A DNA stretch of 64,000 nt from an uncultured Eubacteriales bacterium (GTDB lineage Bacteria > Bacillota > Clostridia > Peptostreptococcales > Anaerovoracaceae). Location of the stretch: the NCBI GenBank assembly GCA_902795265.1, contig CADBKM010000001.1, positions 28,456 to 92,455 of the forward strand, given 5' to 3'. Under the pieces are notes generated by a model, which saw only the letters and a program-made list of their open reading frames with translations, had not been told where the DNA came from and made no database searches. This document shows positions 9,770 through 18,447 of the stretch, one piece after another. Made by a program: the position numbers and the translations under genes. The number at the start of each line of letters is the position of its first letter. The first letter of the stretch is position 1.

Positions 9770-11242
9770 ATGCTTGATTTAACTATCAATGAAAAGGGGT
9801 TAAAAAACAATATTGAGCGCGCTAAGGCTCAGAACATAATCCTGCCTACGATCGATCAGCAGATGCATCCTGAGAAGATTCCTCAGAAGATACTCGACAA
9901 GCTGACAAAGGTCGGACTCTGGGATATCGACCCGGTCAACCTGTTCCGTATCACATGGAAGAACGAGCAGAAGTCATCCGGCGGACTTTTCCACGGACCT
10001 AACTACATCGTACTCCCGCCTGAACTCACAGGCGTAAAGTGCCGCATTATCTGCATGATCGGCAAGTGGTTCCCTACAGGCTGCCACAAGGTAGGAGCTT
10101 CCTACGGATGTCTCGTTCCTGAACTCGTAACAGGTCAGTTCGATACAGGATATCACAAGGCTGTATGGCCTTCGACAGGAAACTACTGCAGAGGCGGCGC
10201 ATTCGACAGCGCACTCCTCGGCGTATATTCCGTAGCTATCCTTCCTGAAGGAATGAGCCGTGAGAGATTCGACTGGCTCAAGAACGTTGCAAGTGAAGTT
10301 ATCGCTACACCTGGAACAGAGTCCAACGTAAAGGAGATCTTCGACAAGACTCACGAACTCAGAGCTACAAGAGAAGACGTATGGATCCTCAACCAGTTTG
10401 AGCAGATGGGCAACTACATGTGGCATTACAATGTAACAGGTAACGCCATTGCAGAAGCTTTCGAAGAGATCAAGGGCGAGAACGGAAGACTTGCCGGCAT
10501 GGCATTCACATCCGGTTCCGCAGGTACAATGGCTTCCGGAGACAGACTGAAAGAGCTCTATCCGAATGCTAAGCTCGCAGTAGGCGAGGCTCTTCAGTGC
10601 CCGACACTCCTCGACAACGGATTCGGCGCACACCGCATCGAAGGAATCGGCGACAAGCACGTTCCATGGATCCACAACATCAAGAATACTGACATGGTCA
10701 TCGACATCGATGATGAAGATTCCCAGAACATCCTCAGACTCTTCAACGAGCCTGTCGGACGCGAGTACCTCAAGGAGCAGGGTGTTGACCCTGAACTCGT
10801 TGACCTGCTCGGATACTTCGGAATCAGCGGCATAGCAAACATGCTCTGCTGCATCAAGATGGCTAAGTACTATGAGCTGACAGAGAACGACGTTCTGGCA
10901 ACAGTAATGACAGACTCTGCCGAGATGTATCAGTCGAGAATCAAAGAGCTTCAGGATGAGCAGGGCGAGTACACACACGAGAAAGCTGCTCTCCACTACA
11001 ACAAGCACATTCTCGATGAGAAGACTGACAACATGCTCGAGCTCCGCTACACAGACCGCAAGAGGATCCACAACCTCAAGTACTACACATGGGTCGAGCA
11101 GCAGGGCAAGACAAGCGAAGAGCTCAACGCTCTCTGGTACGACGAAGAGAACACATGGGGCGCTCTGCGCAAAGAAAGGTCTAAGATCGATGATCTTATC
11201 AATGAGTTCAACGAAGCTACAGGCCTGCTCAAAAATCTGTAA
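9770..11242 (+). CDS. Long (490 aa) TrpB/cysteine-synthase-superfamily PLP-dependent enzyme, function unknown
   Basis: TrpB-like PLP-lysine context FPTGCHKVGASYG and glycine-rich phosphate loop TSGSAGTMASG. About 150 aa C-terminal extension. GGAGG RBS. Confidence 0.55.
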   Translation: MLDLTINEKGLKNNIERAKAQNIILPTIDQQMHPEKIPQKILDKLTKVGLWDIDPVNLFRITWKNEQKSSGGLFHGPNYIVLPPELTGVKCRIICMIGKWFPTGCHKVGASYGCLVPELVTGQFDTGYHKAVWPSTGNYCRGGAFDSALLGVYSVAILPEGMSRERFDWLKNVASEVIATPGTESNVKEIFDKTHELRATREDVWILNQFEQMGNYMWHYNVTGNAIAEAFEEIKGENGRLAGMAFTSGSAGTMASGDRLKELYPNAKLAVGEALQCPTLLDNGFGAHRIEGIGDKHVPWIHNIKNTDMVIDIDDEDSQNILRLFNEPVGREYLKEQGVDPELVDLLGYFGISGIANMLCCIKMAKYYELTENDVLATVMTDSAEMYQSRIKELQDEQGEYTHEKAALHYNKHILDEKTDNMLELRYTDRKRIHNLKYYTWVEQQGKTSEELNALWYDEENTWGALRKERSKIDDLINEFNEATGLLKNL

Positions 11243-11255
11243 GCATTATTTAAAA

Positions 11256-11284
11256 GGAGACTGCGTGCGCAGCCTCCATTTTTC
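11256..11284 (+). terminator. Rho-independent terminator after the PLP enzyme gene
   Basis: GGAGaCTGCG-tg-CGCAGcCTCC stem followed by ATTTTT. Confidence 0.7.
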
Positions 11285-11465
11285 ATACAGTTAAAAACCA
11301 GATGTACAAAACATAAAACCATTTTGCCTTTTCGTCTTGTTATTTACCGCAGTAGCGGGTAAAATAAAGTTATCATAAATTTTCTGCTGATATGGTCGGG
11401 AAATATTACCTTATCCGATTTTAAGGCAGATGCTCTACTCATGTATTTAACAGGAGGATGATTTT

Positions 11466-12680
11466 ATGAAGAAGAAACTTATTGCTTTAATGCTTTGCCT
11501 GGCTATGGTAATGATGCCACTCCTGGCAAGCTGCGGCGGCGGCGGAAGCGATGACGGCGGTTCATCAGAAGAAGCTAAGATGAAAGTCGGCCTTATCACT
11601 CTGCACGATGAGAACTCCACATACGACCTCAACTTCATCAATGCTTTCCAGGAAAGCTGCGACAAGATGGGAGTAGAAGCAGTGATCAAGAAGAACATTC
11701 CTGAAGGACAGGAGTGCTACGACGCTGCAGGCGAGCTCGTAGACGAGGGCTGCACACTTATCTTTGCGGATTCGTTCGGTCATGAAGCATATATGATTCA
11801 GGCTGCAAAAGAATTCCCGGATGTTCAGTTCTGCCACGCTACAGGTACCAAGGCACACACAGAGGGCCTTGACAACTATCACAACGCTTTCGCAGCTATC
11901 TACGAAGGCCGTTACCTTGCAGGTGTTGCTGCAGGAATGAAGCTCAACGAGATCAAAGAAGCAGGCAACCTCAAGGGCGCAACACCTAAGATGGGTTATG
12001 TAGGCGCATTCACTTACGCAGAGGTAGTTTCCGGATACACATCATTCTACCTTGGCGCTAAGAGCGTATGCCCAGACGTAACAATGGACGTTACATTCAC
12101 AGGTTCCTGGTATGATGAAACAGCTGAGAAGGAAGGCGCTAACAAGCTGATCCAGGGCGGAGCTGACCTTATCTCGCAGCACGCAGACTCCATGGGAGCT
12201 CCTACAGCATGCGAAGAGGCAGGAATCCCAGACGTTTCGTACAATGGTTCAACAAAGAGCGCTGCTCCTAACACTTACATCATTTCTTCCAGAATCAACT
12301 GGTCGCCTTACTATGAATACTGCATCGACGCAGTTCAGAACGGAAAGGCTATCGACACTGACTGGACAGGAACTATCGAGACAGGTTCTGTAGAGCTTAC
12401 AGAGCTCAACGAGGATGTAGCTGCAGAAGGCACACAGGCTAAGCTCGATGAGGTCAAGGCCGGCCTTGCTGACGGTTCTATCCACGTATTTGACACCGCA
12501 AACTTCACAGTTGACGGCGCAGCTCTCGACAGCTACAAGGCAGACGTTGATGATATGGGCGATTATGAGCCGGAGACAGAAGTTATCTCTGACGGATACT
12601 TCCATGAATCCGAGTACAGATCAGCTCCTTACTTCGATCTCCAGATCGACGGCATCAACCTGCTCGATACAGCATTCTAG
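11466..12680 (+). CDS. BMP-family (PnrA/Med-like) ABC transporter substrate-binding lipoprotein, probable purine nucleoside binding
   Basis: Signal peptide with lipobox LLASC followed by a Gly/Ser linker. BMP-family body. Followed by a tandem-ATPase and two permeases. Confidence 0.8.
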   Translation: MKKKLIALMLCLAMVMMPLLASCGGGGSDDGGSSEEAKMKVGLITLHDENSTYDLNFINAFQESCDKMGVEAVIKKNIPEGQECYDAAGELVDEGCTLIFADSFGHEAYMIQAAKEFPDVQFCHATGTKAHTEGLDNYHNAFAAIYEGRYLAGVAAGMKLNEIKEAGNLKGATPKMGYVGAFTYAEVVSGYTSFYLGAKSVCPDVTMDVTFTGSWYDETAEKEGANKLIQGGADLISQHADSMGAPTACEEAGIPDVSYNGSTKSAAPNTYIISSRINWSPYYEYCIDAVQNGKAIDTDWTGTIETGSVELTELNEDVAAEGTQAKLDEVKAGLADGSIHVFDTANFTVDGAALDSYKADVDDMGDYEPETEVISDGYFHESEYRSAPYFDLQIDGINLLDTAF

Positions 12681-12711
12681 TAATAATTTAAAGATTATTT
12701 TTCAATAGTTT

Positions 12712-12747
12712 TGACCGGTTCCGCATCAGCGGGGCCGGTCACTATTT
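12712..12747 (+). terminator. Intra-operon hairpin (attenuator/partial terminator) between the binding-protein and ATPase genes
   Basis: TGACCGGttCCGCatcaGCGGggCCGGTCA followed by a weak T tract (CTATTT). Confidence 0.45.
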
Positions 12748-12785
12748 CAAAGTAGACCTATTAATCTTCGAAAGGGGGGATTATT

Positions 12786-14354
12786 TTGCAAGACAGCAGA
12801 ACACCCGCAGTTTCGATGAGAAACATAACCAAGACATTCGGTTCGATTGTGGCGAACCGCGGTGTCAATCTCGACATATACAGAGGCGAGATCCTCTCGC
12901 TTCTCGGCGAGAACGGCTCAGGAAAAACCACACTGATGAACATGCTCTCCGGAATTTACTATCCGGATGAAGGAGAGATCTTCATCGACGGAAAACCGGT
13001 GCAGATCTCTTCACCTAAAGATGCTTATGATTACGGCATAGGAATGATCTACCAGCACTTCAAACTGGTAAATGTTTTTACTGCCGCTCAAAATATAATC
13101 CTGGGTATCGATTCCCACGACGGAAAGAAAATACCTAAATGGAACAAACTCGACCTCCAGACGGCTTCAAAAAAGATCCGCGAGATCTGTGACGCATACG
13201 GATTCGATGTGGACCCTGACAAGAAAGTATACGATATGTCAGTTTCAGAGAAGCAGACTGTAGAGATCGTAAAGGTGCTCTACAAGGGCGCTGACATTCT
13301 TATACTTGACGAGCCTACAGCGGTACTGACGCCGCAGGAGACAGAAAAGCTCTTCAACGTACTCCGCAACATGAGAGCAGACGGTAAGACTGTAGTAATC
13401 ATTACTCACAAGCTCCATGAGGTAGAGGAGATTTCCGATAAGGTAGCTGTACTCCGCAAGGGCGAGTTCATCGGACAACTGATAACAAGCGAGACCAACG
13501 CTCAGGAAATGACCAACATGATGGTAGGGCGTGAAGTCAAGCTCAACATAGACAGGCCTGAACCGAAAAATGTAAAGCCTAGACTTGAAGTAAAAGGGCT
13601 GACCGTAAAGAGTGAAGACGGCGTAGTAAAGCTCGATGATGTAAGCTTTACAGCCAACACCGGAGAGGTGCTCGGTATCGCGGGTATTTCCGGATGCGGT
13701 CAGAAAGAGCTTCTCGAGGCTATCGCCGGCCTGCAGCCGATCGAAAGCGGAGATATCCTGTATGTGGAGGATGACGGCTCGAAGACCAATCTCGTCGGCA
13801 TGAGCGATCTTGAGATCGACGCCAAAGGTGTTTCTCTTGCATTCGTCCCTGAAGACAGACTCGGCATGGGCCTAGTTGCGAACATGGACCTTGTAGACAA
13901 CATGATGCTGAGGTCATTCAGACGTAAAGGCAAGATAGCCGGTTTCACGGACCGCAAGACTCCGAGAGACCTCGCACAGAAAGTCGTCGATGAACTCGAA
14001 GTCGTGACTCCGGGTCTTGAGACACCAATAAGAAGACTGTCAGGCGGTAATGTACAGAAAGTACTCGTCGGCCGTGAGATCGCGATGAATCCGACGATCC
14101 TTATGTCGGCATACGCTGTCAGAGGACTGGATATCAACGCGTCATATACGATATACGATCTTATCAATCAGCAGAAGCAGAGAGGCGTAGCTGTCATATT
14201 CGTAGGAGAGGACCTCGACGTTCTGCTCGAGCTGTCTGACCGCATACTGGTGCTTTGCGGCGGCAAGGTCAGCGGTGTAGTCGATGGCCGTACGGCAGAC
14301 AAGCATGAGGTCGGTCTTCTGATGACAAAAGTCGGAGGTGGTGCAGTTGGATAA
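12786..14354 (+). CDS. ABC transporter ATP-binding protein, duplicated ATPase (sugar/nucleoside CUT2 type)
   Basis: Walker A GENGSGKTT, signature LSGGNVQK, second degenerate P-loop GISGCGQKE. TTG start after AAGGGGGGA; ATG at 12816 is an alternative. Confidence 0.85.
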   Translation: MQDSRTPAVSMRNITKTFGSIVANRGVNLDIYRGEILSLLGENGSGKTTLMNMLSGIYYPDEGEIFIDGKPVQISSPKDAYDYGIGMIYQHFKLVNVFTAAQNIILGIDSHDGKKIPKWNKLDLQTASKKIREICDAYGFDVDPDKKVYDMSVSEKQTVEIVKVLYKGADILILDEPTAVLTPQETEKLFNVLRNMRADGKTVVIITHKLHEVEEISDKVAVLRKGEFIGQLITSETNAQEMTNMMVGREVKLNIDRPEPKNVKPRLEVKGLTVKSEDGVVKLDDVSFTANTGEVLGIAGISGCGQKELLEAIAGLQPIESGDILYVEDDGSKTNLVGMSDLEIDAKGVSLAFVPEDRLGMGLVANMDLVDNMMLRSFRRKGKIAGFTDRKTPRDLAQKVVDELEVVTPGLETPIRRLSGGNVQKVLVGREIAMNPTILMSAYAVRGLDINASYTIYDLINQQKQRGVAVIFVGEDLDVLLELSDRILVLCGGKVSGVVDGRTADKHEVGLLMTKVGGGAVG

Positions 14355-15456
14355 GACTAAGAAGGAACCATTGATCCATATCACGAAGAGAAAGATGATC
14401 TCTAAGAAACGTGAATGGGCAATTAGACTCGGCAGTATTTTGATCGCCCTTGTGGTCTGTGCCATTATAACGACGCTGACGACTCATCTTAACCCTATCA
14501 GCGTTTACGCTTCCATGATAGACGGATCGTTCGGCAGTGAGCGTAAGATCTGGGCACTGCTCAAGGAGCTCTCGATCCTGCTGATGGTGTCAGTAGCTCT
14601 GGCACCGGCATTCAAGATGAAGTTCTGGAACCTCGGCGGAGGCGGACAGGTAATGGCGGGTGTACTTGCCACGACCTCATGCATGATCCTCCTTGAAAAC
14701 AAAATGCCGAGCGGCGCTATCATCCTCGTTTCGCTGATCGCAGCGCTGGCTGCAGGTGCTCTGTGGGCATTCATCCCGGCATTCTGCAAGGCTAAATGGA
14801 ACACGAACGAGACACTTTTCACACTGATGATGAACTACGTAGCTACTCAGCTCGTAGCATACTTCATCATAAAATGGGAGTCGCCTAGAGGCTCGGGAAA
14901 GATCGGTATCATCAACCCGAATACCGAAGCCGGATGGCTTCCTGTCGTAGCAGGCAAGCAGTATCTGCTTCCTGTGCTGGTCGCCATAGTAATCACGATA
15001 TTCATGTATATCTACCTGAAATACAGCAAGCAGGGATATGAGCTTTCTGTAGTAGGTGAGAGCCAGAATACCGCCAGATACGTCGGCATCAATGTCGGCA
15101 AGGTAATCATCCGTACCCTGATTCTCTGCGGACTCATCTGCGGACTTACAGGATGGCTGCTCGTAGCCGGTACAGACCATACGATGACTACGACAATAGA
15201 GGCGGGCAGAGGATTCCTCGGAGTCATGGTAGCGTGGCTCGCGCACTTCAATCCTATCGGAATGGTGCTTTCCGGACTTCTGATGGTATTCATGAGCAGA
15301 GGCGGCGGAGAGATCTCCACAGCCTTCGGACTCAATAAATCATTCGGAGACATCCTCACCGGTATAATCCTGTTCTTCGTTATCGGAAGTGAATTCTTCA
15401 TCAACTATCAGATACACTTCCGCAAGTCGCACGGAAAGGAGGCTGCAGATGTTTAG
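14338..15456 (+). CDS. ABC transporter permease (nucleoside/sugar CUT2 type)
   Basis: 372 aa polytopic membrane protein that overlaps the ATPase stop. The start is ambiguous (GTG 14338, TTG 14347 or ATG 14395). Confidence 0.8.
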   Translation: MVQLDKTKKEPLIHITKRKMISKKREWAIRLGSILIALVVCAIITTLTTHLNPISVYASMIDGSFGSERKIWALLKELSILLMVSVALAPAFKMKFWNLGGGGQVMAGVLATTSCMILLENKMPSGAIILVSLIAALAAGALWAFIPAFCKAKWNTNETLFTLMMNYVATQLVAYFIIKWESPRGSGKIGIINPNTEAGWLPVVAGKQYLLPVLVAIVITIFMYIYLKYSKQGYELSVVGESQNTARYVGINVGKVIIRTLILCGLICGLTGWLLVAGTDHTMTTTIEAGRGFLGVMVAWLAHFNPIGMVLSGLLMVFMSRGGGEISTAFGLNKSFGDILTGIILFFVIGSEFFINYQIHFRKSHGKEAADV

Positions 15457-16435
15457 TCTTGTATCATTCATACCAAGAGCAATCGTGCAGAGTATCCCTC
15501 TGCTGCTCGGCTGCGTAGGTGAGACACTTAACGAGAAATCAGGCAGCCTTAACCTGGGTATTCCTGGCGTCATGTACGTAGGTGCCATATCCGGAGTAAT
15601 CGGTGCTTTCATGTATGAGAACTCAGGAGCAACATTTAATCCTGTAGTAGGACTCATAATACCGATATTTACCTGTATGCTCGGATCTTTGCTGATGGGG
15701 CTCATATTCTGTTTCCTGACAGTAACACTCAGAGCAAATCAGAACGTAACAGGACTTGCCATGACAACATTCGGCGTAGGTTTCGGTAACTTCTTCGGCG
15801 GATCCATAATCAAGCTGACCGGCGCTGAAGTACCTTCGATCGCACTTTCGGCAACGAGTAAGGCGTTCAAGACCGCGCTTCCGTTTGCGGGCAAGGCCGG
15901 AGTTGTCGGCAAATTGCTGCTGTCGTACAGCTTCATGACATACGTTGCGATAGCAATAGCGATCTTCACATCTTATGTGCTGAAAAGGACCCGCACAGGT
16001 CTTGAACTCAGAGCCGTAGGAGAGAATCCTGCTACAGCTGATGCTGCGGGTATCAATATCACCAGATATAAATACTTCTCGATCTGCATCGGATGTATGA
16101 TCGCGGGTATCGGCGGACTTTACTACGTACTTGACTACGCGAGCGGCGTATGGTCGAACGACGCGTTCGGTGACAGAGGATGGCTCGCTATCGCACTGGT
16201 AATATTCTCTATCTGGCGTCCGAACTGGGCTATCTGGGAATCGATGCTGTTCGGCGGACTCTATATTCTCTATCTGTACATCCCTACAGGCACAAACTTC
16301 GCCATGAAGGAGATATACAAGATGCTTCCGTATCTGGTAACGATCATCGTACTTATCGCTATCAGCCTCAAGAACAAGCACGAGAATCAGCCGCCTGAAG
16401 CTCTCGGTTTACCGTACTTCAGAGAAGACCGGTGA
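15449..16435 (+). CDS. ABC transporter permease (second subunit)
   Basis: Polytopic membrane protein. ATG at 15449 follows AAGGAGG and overlaps the preceding stop. The longer track ORF from 15389 lies inside the upstream gene. Confidence 0.8.
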   Translation: MFSLVSFIPRAIVQSIPLLLGCVGETLNEKSGSLNLGIPGVMYVGAISGVIGAFMYENSGATFNPVVGLIIPIFTCMLGSLLMGLIFCFLTVTLRANQNVTGLAMTTFGVGFGNFFGGSIIKLTGAEVPSIALSATSKAFKTALPFAGKAGVVGKLLLSYSFMTYVAIAIAIFTSYVLKRTRTGLELRAVGENPATADAAGINITRYKYFSICIGCMIAGIGGLYYVLDYASGVWSNDAFGDRGWLAIALVIFSIWRPNWAIWESMLFGGLYILYLYIPTGTNFAMKEIYKMLPYLVTIIVLIAISLKNKHENQPPEALGLPYFREDR

Positions 16436-16466
16436 TTAATCAATATCATTATCAATAACTGATCTC

Positions 16467-16701
16467 GAGGGCCTTAAAAGTGCATTCCCGGGAGTACGGC
16501 TCTCGCCTCGTTGCGGCTTAACGCAGCGGTACTAAGCTCTGGCATCGCGCAGACATCTGCGCTCGCCAATAATGCTGTCTACCGATCGTAACGGCGTTGC
16601 CGTAAGGTAGACAGCATTGATCTTCGGAGGCATAGCTCCTTCGATAATTGCTAAGTACCGGCTACCGCAAAGCCTCCCGTGCCCGCACTTTTAAGGCTCT
16701 T
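16467..16701 (+). other. 235-nt multi-hairpin intergenic element (candidate structured RNA leader or MITE-like element)
   Basis: Closing stem 16467-16483 / 16685-16701 (17 bp including G-U pairs). Nested pairs CGGGAG/CTCCCG and CGGTACTAAGC/GCTAAGTACCG. Internal hairpins at 16547-16562, 16571-16618 (13-bp perfect stem with an inner ACGGC/GCCGT hairpin) and 16626-16639. Confidence 0.6.
16476..16541 (+). repeat. 66-nt repeat copy A (left arm of the structured element)
   Basis: 63/66 identical to the reverse complement of 37579-37644. Confidence 0.85.
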
Positions 16702-16737
16702 TATCAGATTAAGATCGTGATAGGAAAGGAGGAATCC

Positions 16738-18444
16738 TTGAATTACGAAACTTTTAAAAAGCTGGCGCCTGCTGCGCTCGGCAAGGTAAAGGCCGATATT
16801 ATTTTTAAAAACTGCAGGATCGTCGATGTATTTACCGGCGAAGTAGTCGAGGGAAACATCGGCGTTAAGGACGGAACAATCATCGGCGTTTCCAGGTCGC
16901 TGAAGGGAAAGAAGGAGATTGATCTCGGAGGAGCATACATTGCTCCGGGATTCATCGATGCGCATCTGCACCTAGAGTCAACGATGGTCGCTCCTGCAGA
17001 GCTTGTAGCTACAGCTGCGTCATTCGGCACGACAACATTCATAGTCGATCCTCATGAGGCGGCAAATGTATCAGGCGCTGACGGAATACAGTACATTCTC
17101 GATCAGACAGAGGATTCAAATGCCAACGTATTTGTCATGATGCCTTCGTGCGTTCCTGCTACGAGTATCGACGACAACGGCTGCATGTTCGCGGCTAACG
17201 ACATGTATCCGTTTGTAGGAAGGGAGAGGATCCTCGGACTCGGAGAGGTAATGGACGCGGATGCAGTGCTTGACGGCGATCCGAGAATGTTTGCAAAGTT
17301 TGCACTGTTCGAGCATCAGACCGTCGACGGTCACGCTCCGTTCCTGCCAAACAAAAAGCTCTCGGCATATAAGCTTGCCGGTGTGGATACCGACCACGAG
17401 GCTTCATCCTTTGAGTACGCGCTCGAAGAAGCCAGAAGAGGAATCCACGTACATGTCCGCGAAGGTTCCGCAGCGCATAATGTCGATGACATAATCAGCG
17501 GTATCGTAAGGACCGGAATAGACACTGAGCATTTCAGCTTCTGCACTGATGACAAACACATCGAGGATATCCTCAGAGAAGGGCATATCGTATATAACGT
17601 CAGAAGAGCCGTCGAGCTGGGTCTTGACCCGTTCAAGGCGATCAAGATGGCTACCATAAATACTGCCAAGTGCTACGGCCTCAAACACATTGGCGCCATA
17701 GCACCGGGATACCAGGCAGATTTCGTTGTCTTCGACAATATGAAAGACTTCAATGTGCTCGATGTTTATTTTAAAGGCAAGCGGATCGACAGGGACGCTC
17801 CGGTAAAAGTAAAGAAGTGCCCTGCACACCTGAAGCGCACCGTTAATATAAGCAAAGTGCATCCTTATGACTTTGCTCTTCCGATCAGGTCGAAAAGCAC
17901 ACATGTCATCGGAATGGAGCCTAAGCAGATCGTTACAAACGACATCGTTGCACACTTCCCGAAGACTGAGAATTTCGTGCCGCATGACGGCTATCTTAAG
18001 ATCGCGGCCGTCGAAAGACATCAGAACAGCGGCAAGATAGGTGTTGCGGTAACGACAGGATACGGCATACGCGGAGGCGCGATAGCCTCATCGGTATCGC
18101 ATGATTCGCACAATATCATCGTAATAGGCGATAATGATGAAGACATCGCTATAGCCGTAAATGAAATCGCGCGAGTACAGGGCGGGTATACAGTTGTTGA
18201 GCACGGAAAGGTCTTTGAGACTCTGCCGCTGCCTATCATGGGCCTCATGACTGATGTCCACTTCGAAGAGGTAAATGAGAAGCTGAAAGTGATGAAAGAG
18301 AAAGCATATGAGATGGGCGTTTCGGAAGATTTCGATCCGTTCATAACACTTTCGTTCATGGCTCTTACAGTTATACCTGAGCTTCGAGTCACGCCGAGAG
18401 GACTTTACCGAGTTTCAGAGAAAGGATCCGGATTCATTAAATAA
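16738..18444 (+). CDS. ade: Adenine deaminase
   Basis: TTG start 5 nt after AAGGAGG. Amidohydrolase metal motif GFIDAHLHLEST, and the EVMD and HEASS regions typical of Ade. About 569 aa. Confidence 0.85.
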   Translation: MNYETFKKLAPAALGKVKADIIFKNCRIVDVFTGEVVEGNIGVKDGTIIGVSRSLKGKKEIDLGGAYIAPGFIDAHLHLESTMVAPAELVATAASFGTTTFIVDPHEAANVSGADGIQYILDQTEDSNANVFVMMPSCVPATSIDDNGCMFAANDMYPFVGRERILGLGEVMDADAVLDGDPRMFAKFALFEHQTVDGHAPFLPNKKLSAYKLAGVDTDHEASSFEYALEEARRGIHVHVREGSAAHNVDDIISGIVRTGIDTEHFSFCTDDKHIEDILREGHIVYNVRRAVELGLDPFKAIKMATINTAKCYGLKHIGAIAPGYQADFVVFDNMKDFNVLDVYFKGKRIDRDAPVKVKKCPAHLKRTVNISKVHPYDFALPIRSKSTHVIGMEPKQIVTNDIVAHFPKTENFVPHDGYLKIAAVERHQNSGKIGVAVTTGYGIRGGAIASSVSHDSHNIIVIGDNDEDIAIAVNEIARVQGGYTVVEHGKVFETLPLPIMGLMTDVHFEEVNEKLKVMKEKAYEMGVSEDFDPFITLSFMALTVIPELRVTPRGLYRVSEKGSGFIK

Positions 18445-18447
18445 GCA

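Noticed and set aside
9974-11071. 365-aa ORF on the minus strand opposite the 490-aa PLP enzyme gene.
   Set aside because: It is a shadow ORF antisense to a gene with clear family motifs. Its composition is odd (rich in Cys, His, Val) and it has no RBS. The same reasoning applies to the antisense ORFs at 29088-29939, 36241-37179, 39933-40751, 42907-43731, 49303-50184, 52366-53460, 57149-58072 and 58202-59167.
16655-16682. ACCGCAAAGCCTCCCG resembles the ACGCAAAGCCTCCGG segment of c-di-GMP-I (GEMM-I) riboswitches.
   Set aside because: The other conserved half of GEMM-I (the GCAAA-containing first hairpin with tetraloop and receptor) is not present, and the helices do not match. It is most likely a chance similarity.
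16648-16737. N-terminal 30-codon extension of the adenine deaminase ORF in the track (MLSTGYRKASRARTFKAL...).
   Set aside because: It runs through the right arm of the structured element and has no RBS. A TTG at 16738 sits 5 nt after AAGGAGG and gives a normal Ade N-terminus.
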